From: Octopus vulgaris
Lineage: Eukaryota
DNA length: 64,000 nucleotides
Direction: 5' to 3'
Assembly (NCBI GenBank): GCA_951406725.2
Contig: OX597816.1
Location: 52,018,001-52,082,000, forward strand
Shown here in pieces: positions 29,320-42,919 of this stretch; the stretch's first letter is position 1; each line of letters starts with the position of its first letter. The translations under genes and the position numbers were made by a program. The notes beneath the pieces were generated by a model that was not told the origin of the DNA, searched no databases, and saw only the letters and a program-made list of their open reading frames with translations.

Positions 29320-29530
29320 GGCGGCAAGCTGGCAGAGTCATTAGCACGCTGGGCGAAATGCTTATCGATATTTTGTCTCTATCTACGTTTTGAGTTCAAA
29401 TTCCGCCGAGGTCGACTCCACCTTTTAAACTTTCGGTGGCGATAAATTAAGTACCAATTGGGTACTGGGGTGGATCTAATCCACTGTCTCCTCACCCAAA
29501 ATTTCGGGCCTTGTGCCTAGAGTAGAAAAG
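29320..29530 (+). mobile_element. Monomeric SINE family B with alternative tail and 17-bp TSD
   Basis: TSD aatattcaattgtaagg (29300-29316) and aatattcaactgtaagg (29531-29547); tail gggccttgtgcctagagtagaaaag. Confidence 0.9.
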
Positions 29531-29578
29531 AATATTCAACTGTAAGGTAAATAGATAAACCGGGATTTATATATATTA

Positions 29579-29822
29579 ATAAGAAAATAGAGATGATTAA
29601 ATTAATAATTATTTATTAGTTACAAAATTGGTCATCATTCCCGGCAGCTATTTCATATAATATGAAAATGTAAAGGTATAACTTTTTGCCCCTCTGATGT
29701 CTTTAAAATGATTTAATTATACCAATTAATTTCTGAAGTCTTGAATCGAAACAGCTGTCAGAGATGATTTCCAATTTTGTAATTAATAAATAAGTATTTA
29801 TTGAATTATCTCTATTTTCTTA

Positions 29823-29823
<1 letters not shown>
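29579..29823 (+). mobile_element. Foldback Penelope-like element with degenerate HHR (29690-29764)
   Basis: Inverted arms 29579-29654 and 29748-29823; CTGATG at 29694, GAAAC-agct-GTC-agag at 29748. Confidence 0.65.
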
Positions 29824-29897
<74 letters not shown>

Positions 29898-30543
29898 TTA
29901 TCTATCTATTTATATCTATCTATCTATATATATATATATATATGTATGTATGTACGTATGTATGTATATACATTTGTATTTACATAGACAGATAGATAGA
30001 TGGATAGATAGATCACTTTAACTGCTTCCGTCTCGACGATCAGGATTCCATAATTCGACACACTACACTAGCGTACAATTAGTGACCAATCCACAGACAC
30101 GCTACCCTTAATATAAATGTATGGCAAAATCAGTTTGAATCAGTATGTGACAAGGTTCTGAATTTGATTTGCCGATCAAACTATATGATGGCCTTCTAAA
30201 AAGCTACTTTGTTCACATTCTTATGTCATCATCGGCTTCGCTGGCGAATCTTCGGAGTCACTATCAATACTTCTCTTATTAGTGAATAATAAATACTAAA
30301 TATATTCAGCTGTCCTTCAATTTAGTGTAAATATTTTTCATTATAGTATAAGTACGGAGCATTTTGTATGTGTTTATGATCTGAGTTCAAATTTCGCTGC
30401 GGTCGACTTTGCCTTTCAGGATCCATAATACAAATGTGCCCTGCGATTGATGTAATCGGCTTATATCTCCCGCTAAATTGCCATCTATCTTCCAAAATTT
30501 AAAATAAATATATATGTATACATGTATGTGCGTATGTGTGTGC

Positions 30544-30811
30544 GTTAAGCAAAATAAGATAACAAGGCCCAGGCCATTTGATATTCCTACGACATTTATA
30601 AATGGAAAGGTGGTCTTACAGCTGTTTCAGGGATATAAATGATATCTCAACATCAGATACGAGTTAAAAGAGCTGCAATAGAACTCTAATATTTCCTTCT
30701 ATAGAAATTCTTTTAACTCTTTTTTCTCTGAAACAGCTGTAAGACCACCTTTCTATTTATAAATGTTCTAGGAATATCAAATTGCCTTGGCCTTATCTTA
30801 TTTTGTTTAAC
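30544..30811 (-). mobile_element. Foldback Penelope-like element with degenerate HHR on the minus strand (about 30612-30660)
   Basis: Inverted arms 30544-30630 and 30728-30811; minus strand CTGATG-tt-gagatat cattt atatccct-GAAAC-agct-GTA-agacc. Confidence 0.7.
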
Positions 30812-33049
30812 ATATACACACTCACACACGAACTGCCTTAGATTCATCACTCACATTATTATTGAGCCGGTAGCTTAAGACTGGTCCTTCCGTAGCACTT
30901 ACATAGCCTTACCTGGCTTTTGTGTCTTCTGGATAACAAAACATCTCATATTATATATATAGATATAGATATGGATATATAATTCATACGTATGTTTATA
31001 TATGTATATATACATGCGTATATATAAATGTATATATGTATATACATGTATATATAATATATATATATATATGTATATATAATCTGTATATATGTGTGTG
31101 TATAATACGTATATACATACATGCGCACACATACACACACACACACACATATATATATTATGAACTACTTTCAGCATTTGTTTCTAAACTTACCACACAA
31201 ACGTTGTGCTTTCTTTTCAGAAACAATATCATTTGTAAATAATTTAATAGTGACCCATGAACTACCACGAGAAGATAATATATTAATTATTTGCTCATAA
31301 ACGTCAAAGATTCACATATTTATTGTACCCTAGCTGAACTGATAATGTCAGATATATTTGAATGTTTGCCCATAATCCTAAACTTTGCTTATACAGTCGA
31401 TCCAAGTAGAAACCATGATAAATTCCTACACATTTCAAGATATCGAATACAAATTGGACGATTTGTATTTTCATTATTTTTTCATTTAGATATTATTTTT
31501 ATAAATGTTACTGCAGTGTTATAATTAAATGTAGCAATAGCACAATGCCGTATGTTTTAATGGGAGAATACAACAATTAAATTGACCTTAGCACTTGATT
31601 GTTACTTTTATTATCGATCGCCGAAGAAGGAAACTAAATTCTGTCGGGATTTCAACTGGAAACTTTCAAACATGACTAGATTCTGAAATGCGCTTTGTCT
31701 GATGTAGCCCTGTTTTTGACTTATGCCTCCAATGTCTTCTCTAAATAGATATGAATCGTTGTCTGGCATGGTGAATAGTAGAAATGCTCGAACCTCATAT
31801 TGAATGTTATTACAGATTCTAGTTGCTGTATCTCTTTGTTTTGAGTTCAAAGGTAAATTTTACCTTTATCCTTCTGGAGTCGATGAAACAAATACTGGAA
31901 TCGATATAATAGATAATTATGTGGACTGTATTGTATGAGAAAGTTTTACGCTGGTTCCAATAAAATATACATGGAGACAAGAACGTAGCAAATCTGTTGT
32001 ACATACATCTAACCTCAGCAATTCATCTCATTCAAGCGAAGATTCTGTTATAGTTGTATGAATCTCAATCTATCTTAGATAACGAAGAAATGCTATGGAA
32101 CTTTAATATGAAGGTAGATTCTCACATACAAACGCGATAGCATTCACAACGGCTCATAGAACAATACTACTCCAATATTCAGTATAATGCTAAATGGCTA
32201 TTGTTTCCGATTTTGAAACAATGTCAGCAATTTTGAGAGAAGGTGAATATAAATATCATTAAACCCAGTGCTCAACAGGTATTTTACTTTATGGATTCTG
32301 AAAGGTCAAAAGGCCAAGTTGACTTCGGTGAGTCCAAATGACAATAACGTTGCGCAAAGTTAGCGGAAAAGGTTAAAGAATTATACCAATGTAGTTTTGA
32401 ATTAATATCATAGTATTTAACGAATCTATCATCCCATTTGAAACAGTTACAACTAGAATAATAATATTTCTGTGAGAGAATTATACACTTGATAATATGG
32501 ATAGATGCAGGTATATTCCAGAAACTAGCATTTCTAGCAGTTGTAAACATCGTCATGTTCCATGTGTTTTAAACTGAACCTACTCGCTGCTGAGTGTAGA
32601 TATATTACTAGAAATTATTGTGACGTGAGATTTAAAAGATATTATTATGCTGTTTTCCTGTTCTTTTACGGTTTATGTTGAATACAAACGGTTGTGAGTT
32701 TTCTATTAGCTTCCTATAATTTCCTTTTTCTTTCTTTATTTTGACACTAACATATTCTTCTTGACAGATACGAGCAAAACATGAGTAAATACAAAAACCT
32801 AAACGTCCAGCCCTCTTACAATTCATCACAGCATGCTTACAAGTTATCATCTACGTAGAGACTTGCAATAACTGGAATAACTAGATGAGTCGGATTTAGT
32901 TGTGCAATCGACTAGCTGCGTACTGTAGTTCTGCTTCATCAGAACTGACTTGGATTTAAGCAATAATAACAAGAATACATTTCTTTTCTCACAGAGCATC
33001 TAGTAATTTTGAACACCTTTGCGAATATGAACACGTTTTTCAAAATACT

Positions 33050-33357
33050 TCCATGCAAGCCATATAGAATCTGATGAAGTACAACGATCTCGAAATCCAA
33101 ATCTATTAGATACGGGGCATGAAACCTAAAATAACACCATTAGTCTGTGTAGCATTAGAGTTCATGAAGAAGACAATGGAAAAGTTTCACTACCTTATTT
33201 GGATAACATCAATATTTAACCGGTTAAGAAGCTCATGCTAAATCGAACACCTAACACCACAGAAAGTCCTGCCAAACAAATGACATCTTCCCTCAGACCT
33301 ATAGTTTGAGCCTTACCCTACAGAAAACAAAACAGGAAGTAAAATAGAACATGAACA
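33050..33357 (+). pseudogene. Highly decayed R4/Dong-type LINE 3' end
   Basis: LMKYNDLEIQIY*IRGMKPKITPLVCVALEFMKK from 33072 resembles the KYxDL..EI..W..P...GALG terminal motif; ends in (TAA)n. Confidence 0.55.
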
Positions 33358-34899
33358 ATAATAATAATAATAATAATAATGATGATGATGTTTATGATGA
33401 TGATAATGATGATGAGGATACCTTTATAGTCACACGTATGAACTGACAGCTACATAATATCAAAAGAAAACATACATAGAAATCAATGACAACTGGCATG
33501 TGCAGGCAAAGTTTCTATTACAAGAAAATTATAGAGTACTAACTAAAACGATTCTTTATGACGTTGACAAAGGGCACTTTAATCTGTATACCTCATCTCA
33601 GTTAGTAGTCAGGAATATCATTCCAAATTCTTCAAATTATCTGCAATAAACTACTGAATGAGGGTTGTCGCTGTCTTTAAGTAACATTCATCTCTCTCTC
33701 TCTCTGTTTCTCTCTTCCTCTCTCTCTGTTTCTCTCTTCCTCTCTCTCTCTCTCTCTCTCTTTGTTTCTCTCTTCCTCTCTCTTTCCCTCTGTTTCTCTC
33801 TCTCTCTCTCTTTCTCACCCCCCCTCTCTAATCGGTTAGCAATTTTCGTGCTGTTGTTCAATTCAGTCAGATCTTTCCCGAGACTATACAACAGCAATAT
33901 ATTTCCTTTCATATCAGCAATGTTATAGGACATGGAATGCAACGCAAATATTATACACAATAAACGACATTACATAAGCGTATAACCTAATAAGGGAACG
34001 AGTATCGTCGATTTTATCGATTCCTTACGTAACTGGTACCTTACCTTTTGGGACCGGGAAGGATGAATGACAAAGTAGAACCTTAAGAGATTTGAACTGT
34101 GAATGTAACTTAGAAGTGCAAAGCAATGTGGCCGACGCTCTACTGACTCTGCCAATCCATTGCCTTCAGGAAACATTATCAAGATTTAGTACCAGTACTC
34201 CTACAATATAGAATATATTGACAAAATCATACCGACAAGTAAAGAACATCTAGCGCATTTATAAATACCATGTTTAGCCAATACAAAGAAATAACAACGT
34301 TAGAGAAAGTACAGTATATTAAATCCTCGAAGATTATAGCACTTTTATCTGAACTAAAATCTTTCATCAAAACACAGCTTGCTCATAGACCATTTATAAT
34401 GAAACGAGTAGTTCAAATGAAGGTTCATCTGGACATACATGTGTCACAGTTTGTTACTTCAGCAACATACAACCCGCACAATTATTACCTTTAAATGTAC
34501 TAACATCCATAAACGCTTTAACGCATCTTCAACACACAAACCAGATTAAACACACTAACACAGACAATCAATTCAAACAGGCCCCGAAAACGCAAGCACA
34601 TAAATAGTAGCACAATCAATAACTTCGTTATTTCACTTGCTGCGCTGAAATGGAAAGCACCAGAAAAAATTTTTTAAAGAAAGAAAAAAGAAAAAAACAT
34701 CGGTGTCCCTTTCTGTCTCCAAAACAAGAAATCGCATGATCAAAAGACATACACATTCTATATCATCTTTACTTGGTAGGCATACACTAAACGGCTGGTT
34801 AGTAGAAGAGGCGTTACTGCACAGGCAATCAAACGAGACCTTAAGAGAGCTTGAATTATAATCCTTAACATGGTAGAGGGGAAAATGTGTGTTTAGACC

Positions 34900-35750
34900 G
34901 TTGTATACTTCTTCCTTTTTTTCCTCCGTCTCCACAATCGTTTCTTCTGTCTTTTTCCTTTGCAAAGGGCAATGCGCTCTAATGTGGCCCTTTTGGCCAC
35001 GTTTAAAACATCTTGGGATTCTGCCCTCCACCGACTCTCTCGACAGAATCTCTCCCAACGTCACCGTCTCCACCAAACTCTCCAATTGCCTCTCCTCTGC
35101 CTATATAATGAGGTCCAGTGTTTTTCTCTCCATCCTCCGTCCTCCGTTTCCGTGGCTTGGAGGACAGCCACCTTTCCTCACTTCCAACGAGGACGGCTGC
35201 CACAACCCAAGCCACTTCTATATCAGATGGAATTCCTTCTACCCTCACCTCAGAAGTCTTTCTTCCAAGGTACGTGGGTAGAAGTACTACTTCCTCCGTT
35301 GCACTCGCCAGCCTCTTTGCTCCCTCCGCTGTCCTAAACTGGACAACCACCGTCCCATATCCATTTCCTTTCGCTATGTATGTCACTTCCATCGAAAGCC
35401 TCTTCAATGCTTTTTCTACTTTTTCCATCTCCATCCCCTCCACCATCCTACTCTCTACTGAGTACACCTTATTGGTAATGGTCTTCTTTTCCATATTTTC
35501 CATAACCCTTTTCCTGTATAATCATACTCAGCTCCATCAGTCCGGCTAGGTCTACCTCTATTTTCTTCACCTCTGCACCTTCAGCAAAACTCTTTGCTCT
35601 TTTCAAATGCTCGTCCATTCTATTTACTGCCTTAACGAGCTCCTCCTCTGCTAAGGACAGCTCATACTCGCTAAGGTTTGAATACATTGTCTCTGCCGGT
35701 ATAACACCCGCTGCCAGGCAGCACAAAAGATCCGTCCGACTCGTCAAAAA
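34900..35750 (-). pseudogene. Gag-like ORF1 of a non-LTR retrotransposon, frameshifted
   Basis: Three overlapping minus-strand ORFs (35469-35747, 35003-35503, 34633-35085) join into one charged protein with an RRM-like GYGTVVVQF segment and a degenerate zinc knuckle CFKRGQKGHIRAHC. Confidence 0.7.
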
Positions 35751-35885
35751 TCAACACAGCGAATAGACCGACGCATGCGTGGGAAGCAAGCTTCTTACCA
35801 CGCAGCTATGCCTGCGCCTATACATACATACATACATACATACATACATACATACATACATACATACATACATACATGCATACAT

Positions 35886-35937
<52 letters not shown>

Positions 35938-36005
35938 ATATAATATAATAACATATAATATAATATATAATATATAATATATATATATGTATATATTTAT
36001 ATATA

Positions 36006-36041
<36 letters not shown>

Positions 36042-36338
36042 TGTATGTATGTATGTATGATGATGATGGTCGCTCCCGACGGTTTTGACGTATGAATGTT
36101 TGAAGAAGAGGACTCAAGCTTAAAGAGAGTAATAGAAAAGAATATGTTTATCCATATAGAGAGACACGTATTGATAGATGGATAGATAGATGTGAATGTG
36201 TATATTTTTATACACACACATACACGCACATACACACACGCCGCCCGCGCACACATTCACACACACGTATGTATATTGCCTATCAGAAAAACCTTAAAAT
36301 ATTAAGCTGTGTCCAAAATATGGTATGTGTGCACCCAC

Positions 36339-36395
<57 letters not shown>

Positions 36396-36453
36396 TCCCA
36401 CTCTCCCTCTGTGCGTGTGTTTTACACTTGTATGAATGAGAGGTGGTGAGTGT

Positions 36454-36485
<32 letters not shown>

Positions 36486-36620
36486 CTGAGTGAGTGTCCT
36501 TTCTATTTCTATTTATATTCTGATTCAAATTTGCAAGCTCGGATAAAACTTTTATCTAATAAGTAGCCATACATGTAGATCGTAAAATGCTTCTTTAGTT
36601 TTGTATGGCGGGAAGATATG

Positions 36621-36680
<60 letters not shown>

Positions 36681-37298
36681 AAAAAAGACGGAGAGTCGCA
36701 AACCGCAAAATATTCAATCGTCTCCTGTAACAGACCATCAGTAAATAACTCGAAATCCAGGAAGATTAAAGAATTTGCTTGCAAGTCTACAGAATTGAAA
36801 CATTTATTTCTTTGGCAAAAATAAACAAGAAATAAATTGATAAAAGTAGGAATGGGGAAAGGAATCTGTGATCTTATTGATTTCTATCACCAATCTCTCG
36901 TTTTAACATTGCTTTTCTTATGCATCCCTCATTATTCTTCCGCAAATTCTCTCTTATATCTTTCTCTTCTACCCTTCCTTTGTCATACTTTATATCTAAC
37001 CTCTCTTTCGCTTTTTCTCAATCTCTCCCGCTAAATTTCTCTTCGTTATTAACTTTCTCTCGCTTTGTACGGCGTACCCACTGTTTCATATCCAGCCTAT
37101 CTCTCAAACTCTCTGATTATATCCAAGTTACTCTCATTCATAACACTTTGAGATATAATATTATTATTACATTTTTTCTCGTCTCCTTTTGCCTAGATAG
37201 ACATTTACTTATATATAGGGAACTCAATTCAGCGTATCAGTATGTGTCTACTAATATCAATGTAGGTATGTATTTGTATGTGTTTGTATATGCTTGCG

Positions 37299-37341
<43 letters not shown>

Positions 37342-37987
37342 CACACACACACTCACACACCTTCATGTTATAAAATTAAAACGTGTACCTATATGGATCT
37401 AAATTATGAAAGGTATGTCTGTATATGTGAGCGTTTTTTTTTATTATATTACATAAATATATCGTAAACTTTATACATTTTGTACATATTGTACCATTTA
37501 TGAATGACAAATAGAGGCATACATTTGCATATATGCATATGGGTATATATATATAGGTATGTTTGCATACATATATAAGGGAAGGGTGCGAGTTAGCGCG
37601 CGCGTTTGTCTAGATAGATATTCCATACGAGCGCGTTGATGATTCGATTTTCAGTATACAACTTGCGTTGGTAAACCATAAGTATGTTCACTGAAACGCA
37701 TTGACGAGAAAAATTTACACAAATCCAAGAAAGTGAGCATCTTATGGAATTATGTAGGATATACTATTAACATAGTTGTGCGGAGATAGTTGAATGATTG
37801 TAAAGTTGGGTAATAAAGAATATATCTAATATAGGTATACCACATAAAGACACGCAAAAATATTCACACGTAAGCACACGGATTTATAGGGGTAGCTCAC
37901 ACACATGTACATTTGTGCGCAGTCATCAAAACCATGCGTAGAGAGATATAAATAGATTGCTTCATAACATGCGTATACATATATATG

Positions 37988-38034
<47 letters not shown>

Positions 38035-38281
38035 TGTGTTTATCTAACTATCTGTCTCTTAGTTAATCTATCCATGTAGCAATGGATACATATATTTATA
38101 TATATGTGGGGGGGGGGAGTGTATGTATGTATATATATGTATATAATATATATATAATATATATCTATATATTTATATATATATAGATATAGATATATAT
38201 TTACATACATATATATATATTTATATATATATGAATCTATAAATATACATATATATATATGAGTATATATATGCATATATA

Positions 38282-38332
<51 letters not shown>

Positions 38333-38842
38333 GATAGAGAGCGAGATGGAATTTTAGAGACACATATGAGCTTGTTAATCTGTATGTATTTAATAATGTA
38401 TATGTGCATGGATGCATGTATGTAAGAACATCTTTGTGTCTAAATGTATGCATGCATGAATGAATCCATCCATATATATACATGCACATGAAGAAAACGA
38501 AATTATTTAAGATACCGCAGCTGTTTCGTTTATGGCTTCAATAAACAAGAGAAAAGGGAACTTCATAGCAATTCGATAAAAAGCCTGTAGATATTCCAAA
38601 TTAATGATCACCGTTCATTAAATTAAAAATACTATTCGATATTTTAAGCCACAGACACCTGAATTGATTCATGTTTTGTCCAACATATCTTTCATAGGAA
38701 AAAGAAAAGAGCCTTTAATATTTAAATTTAACTTTTGCTTATTTTATGCCTCCTCTTCATCTATCTGCCTGTTAAGATTACAAAGTGTATGTTACTGAGC
38801 AAATATCATAGAATGTGTTTATGTTCTATCTGTGTTTGTATG

Positions 38843-38895
<53 letters not shown>

Positions 38896-38897
<2 letters not shown>

Positions 38898-39290
38898 CGC
38901 AGGTGTGGCTGTGTGGTAATTAGCTTGCTTACGAACCACATGGTTCTGGGTTCAGTCCCACTGCGTCTTCTACTATAGCCTCGGACCGACCAAAGCCTTG
39001 TGAGTCGATTTGGTAGACGGAAACTGAAAGAAGCCCGTCTTATATATGTATATATATATATATTTATATATGTATGTATGTGTATATGTTTCTGTGTCGG
39101 TTTTTGCCTTCCCCAATATCGCTTGACAACCGATGGTGGTGTGTTTACGTCAGCGTAACTTAGCGTTTCGGCAAAAGAGACCGATAGAAGAAGTAGTAGG
39201 CTTACGAAGAATAATTCCTGGGGTCGATTTGCTCGACTAAAGGCTGTGCTCCAGCATAGCCGCAGTCAAATGACTGAAACAAGTAAAAGT
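38896..39290 (+). mobile_element. SINE family A, near full length
   Basis: GGCGCAGGTGTGGCTGTGTGGTAA...GGGTTCAGTCCC...tail gctccagcatagccgcagtcaaatgactgaaacaagtaaaag. Confidence 0.85.
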
Positions 39291-39498
39291 GTAAAAGATT
39301 ATACATATAGGCTGTATCCTTATACTCTTTACATTGAATTTGTGTGAAAAAGAGAAAAGGAACTACAGACACAATCGTTTCAAGTCTCGGAAATATATAT
39401 ATATAGTTCAGCAAAATTTAGATTCAAATGAATATGGTACTTAAGTTAGATGCACCAGAATTCTGTATGGTGTTATCCATATAAATCCATGGGGTGAT

Positions 39499-39779
39499 TA
39501 TAATCAAAATAAGCAACAAGAATAACTTGGGTAATTTGGTACGATCGTTTCGCACTACATCATTTTATTAAATGTTGTAAGTATTACAACAGTTTTAAAA
39601 TGCTGAGCACTCATCACTTGATATGAAAATTATGTATTAATGGAAAACCTCTATTAATGGCTGATGAGTGCTCAGCATTTTAAAACTGGTGTAATACTTA
39701 CAAGATTTCATAAAATGATGTAGTGCGAAACGATCGTACCACATTACCGAAGTTATTCTTGTTGCTTATTTTGATTATA
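39499..39779 (+). mobile_element. Foldback Penelope-like element (118-bp arms, 45-bp spacer)
   Basis: 39499-39616 is the reverse complement of 39662-39779 with few mismatches; ends in (TA)n. Confidence 0.85.
39655..39746 (+). ncRNA. Type I hammerhead ribozyme, canonical core, long stem II
   Basis: taatgg-CTGATGA(39661-39667)-GTGCT..CATTTT...AAAATG..AGTGC-GAAA(39727-39730)-C-gatc-G-TA-ccacatta. Confidence 0.8.
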
Positions 39780-39800
39780 TATATATACATATATATATAT

Positions 39801-40009
39801 TCAAAATGCGACCGCGTGTGTACCGTTGACGATTTTTTCTCCATCTTCCCTTCTTTGGATCTTTCCTTTTCCTATGTTTCTGACGAAGAACTCCGCTCGA
39901 AACGTTAAACCCTCCTTCTTTCCTCCCTTCCTGAGCGTCCAATAATACTATATTTGTTCCACGTCCTCGCGTTGTTGTATTTTCTCTTTGTGTTTTCATG
40001 TTTTGATTA

Positions 40010-40012
<3 letters not shown>
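39801..40012 (+). mobile_element. Penelope-like family Z copy with minimal HHR at 39876-39910
   Basis: gttt-CTGACGA-A-GAAC tcc GCTC-GAAA-CG-TT-aaac; flanked by (TA)n. Confidence 0.75.
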
Positions 40013-40051
<39 letters not shown>

Positions 40052-41224
40052 CACATAGAGAGTTGTACATACTTCGATATCTGTATGATATTTCTCGACC
40101 GTCATCACCCCAGTTTAAAATTCATCGCGCAAACATAATTTCGTTATTTGTCTGGAAAGTGTTGGATTCCATCGATATCTTAGTGATTATCTCAATGGCA
40201 ATCGGTTACGACAAACGTGTTTTGTAAAGCTCAATTGTGATGGCACATTGAGAAATTTATTTAAATTTCATTAGTAGGCTTCAGGAATGGCCTTCTACTC
40301 TATCATCTTAAAAATGTTAAAGATCACGGCATAGAAGTTTGAAATAATCAGAAGAATTATCTTTCCTAGACATGGGATTTTGGTTTCATGCTTCCATTGC
40401 TGTCGAAAAGTTTCGTAAATGTCATTTACTAATTTTTATGCGTATGCTAATAATGTTATCGTATGTGCTACTCTGATGAATTTGCAAACCAATAAACTGG
40501 TTTTTTTTTGTTACATATGTCTGTGACCAAACATTTATTATACAGCTCTACAGGAATTTAAGCAGCAATATCAGAATAGCAAATGGTCGTTGTTTTATAT
40601 GTGATGATAGAGCTGTCAGTGGAAAACAGTAAATATTTTAAAGATCTTGATGTTCTCGACAGTTCTTCGGAAATGTTTGATTAAAGTAGAGTTTTTGTGA
40701 CTAAAATTACAGAAATGTGCTGAATAAAAATTTTGTATTGAAATGATGGAGAAAGAATATCAGAATGTTTGTTCCTTCATATATAGCTACATATATTTGG
40801 TTTGTTTTCTTGTTTTCATGACTTTCGGGTTTTGGACGCTTTGCAGGGTTTTTTTAATTATTTTTTTTTTTTTACTTGCACTATACGATCATGGCGTTTC
40901 AAGCCAACGTCTTTTGGCTCAGGGACGAAAAGTCCTAGGCTCAGAGACGAAGATTAGAAATATGAATTGATATATCAAGAATGATTTTGTCAACTACATT
41001 TTCGCTTCTTTCAGACGAATTGAATGAGAAGCAAAGTGAGGGATTAGCTATTAAGGTTTTAAATCTTGTAACGCGTAAAGGTCTAACATTCGGAGTATTC
41101 AAATCATAAATAAATACATACATTATTGAGTTGCGACTGTAATGGAGGAAAAGTCAATAGAGTATGAATTCGAATTCAAATTAAAATTGTGCATCGATTT
41201 CCGAGATGAGGAATTATATTAATA

Positions 41225-41273
<49 letters not shown>

Positions 41274-41298
41274 AATTATTATTATTATTATTATTACA

Positions 41299-41342
<44 letters not shown>

Positions 41343-41365
41343 AATTATTATTATTATTATTATTG

Positions 41366-41690
41366 CCTTTGCACAGCTTCTAACGCTGGAGATGTATTAC
41401 AGTGTCAGCTGTTCACTACCAGTGAACTAAGGTAACACCTCTTATTTTTCGAGCACCTTTCAGAGTATTCGAGCGGTTCCAAGCAGTGCTGTTTTCTGCA
41501 AGTGTTCCACCCTTATTGCAGTCCCTATCTGTTCCACGTACTTCTGGAGACCTTTGCTCATTGTTCCCAGGGCTCCGACAATTATTGGTACAACCGCTAC
41601 CTTTTCAGCAATTACAACTGCTTAACTTCCCAAGCTAACCTGTCATACCTCTCGACTTTTCTTTCTTCCTTATCGCATAGCTTGTTGTCA
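41366..41690 (-). pseudogene. R4/Dong-type LINE 3' end with UTR, next to (TAA)n
   Basis: DKEERKVERYDRLAWEVKQL...VVPIIVGALGTMSKGLQKYVEQIGTAIRVEHLQKTALLGTARIL*KVLEK*; same family as 20533-20963. Confidence 0.85.
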
Positions 41691-41711
41691 GCTAGGCATG
41701 CTGACAAGAAT

Positions 41712-41925
41712 TCGCCCATGCATACCAGCCTTCCCTCTCCATGTCATCCAAGGGAAAAGCAAAGGCCGATACAACACGGCACCACTGACATTGCAACTTA
41801 TTTCTAGAGCTGAAGCAACGTGAAATAAAATGTCCTGCTCAAGAACAAAACGCACAGCCCGGTGCGAGAATCGGTCTCACTACCTCATGGTTTTGAGCCC
41901 GCTGTTCTAACCACTGAGCCATGCA
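41712..41925 (-). mobile_element. tRNA-derived SINE, family D (head plus partial body)
   Basis: Minus strand TGCATGGCTCAGTGGTTAG A box; body shared with 22073-22276. Confidence 0.7.
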
Positions 41926-42877
41926 CCATCACAAAGAGTATTACATTAAGTATTAAATACTTCACATTAAGTATCTGATACTGGTATATACAGGGCTGCT
42001 CAAAAGTAGGCTTGCAGTTATCACGTAGGTACTTTAAATTTCTTTTAAAACATTTTATTACATTCAAATTTCTATCTTACAATTAACTAAATCAGCATAG
42101 AATAATGGTTTCACCTTTTTGTTTTATAATTAAGATCTAAACTGTTAATATATGAATGCGAAAGAGATAGTTGGGTCACCATGTATTTTGGTTAAAGCGT
42201 TAATTTTAAATTAAGATATAAATTTTCATCTAATTCTGTCTCTGGTTATCGTTGAATTCACCATAGCTTGGACTGTTTTTCCTGCCGCCATGTTTAGAAA
42301 CTAGTTTATATTCACCTTGTTAGAAATGCCAGTGAAATCTCCATCACATTACAACCGGCCACAATAAAAACGGAATACATTTATCATTCACTCGCTAGCA
42401 TCCGTAATGTCACGGTTATATATTGAACAATTGCTTGATCATATCTTACATGGAGTTAAACATGAAAAACGGTTAGTACTGTCTCAAAGAATATATATAT
42501 TAAACTAGGATTAATCTATTAATCCTTCCATATCTCATATTCCGCTGCAAAGATTTCCTTTCAAGCCGCGTTACGCTAATTATTAATTATAATGTCCACC
42601 ATCATTGTAATCATACCGTCAGATAGTGGAATACACACAAAGCGAACATTAATGTATTTACTTTTATGTAAAGAATCCACTTATTACAATAAATGAAATG
42701 TATTTGTTTGATTTTCTTGCCACAGCTGGTATTTACAAGCTTATGTTTTCATTTATCAACTGGAAGTGTTCACAGATTGTCATTACCTGTCCACCTATAT
42801 TTATTGATATATGAGTGCTCGCGCATGTACGTGTACGTCTGTGCACGCGCATGTGTGTGTGTGCGCGTACGTTTGTA

Positions 42878-42919
<42 letters not shown>

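Noticed and set aside
32930-32945. Minus-strand CTGATGA
   Set aside because: No downstream GAAA or stem III.
33072-33098. CTGATGA...GAAA resembling a hammerhead
   Set aside because: No stem II or III pairing; better explained as R4 coding sequence (LMKYNDLEI).
38896-38965. tRNA-like A and B boxes here and in other SINE heads as true tRNA genes
   Set aside because: No complete cloverleaf, and each continues into a SINE body.
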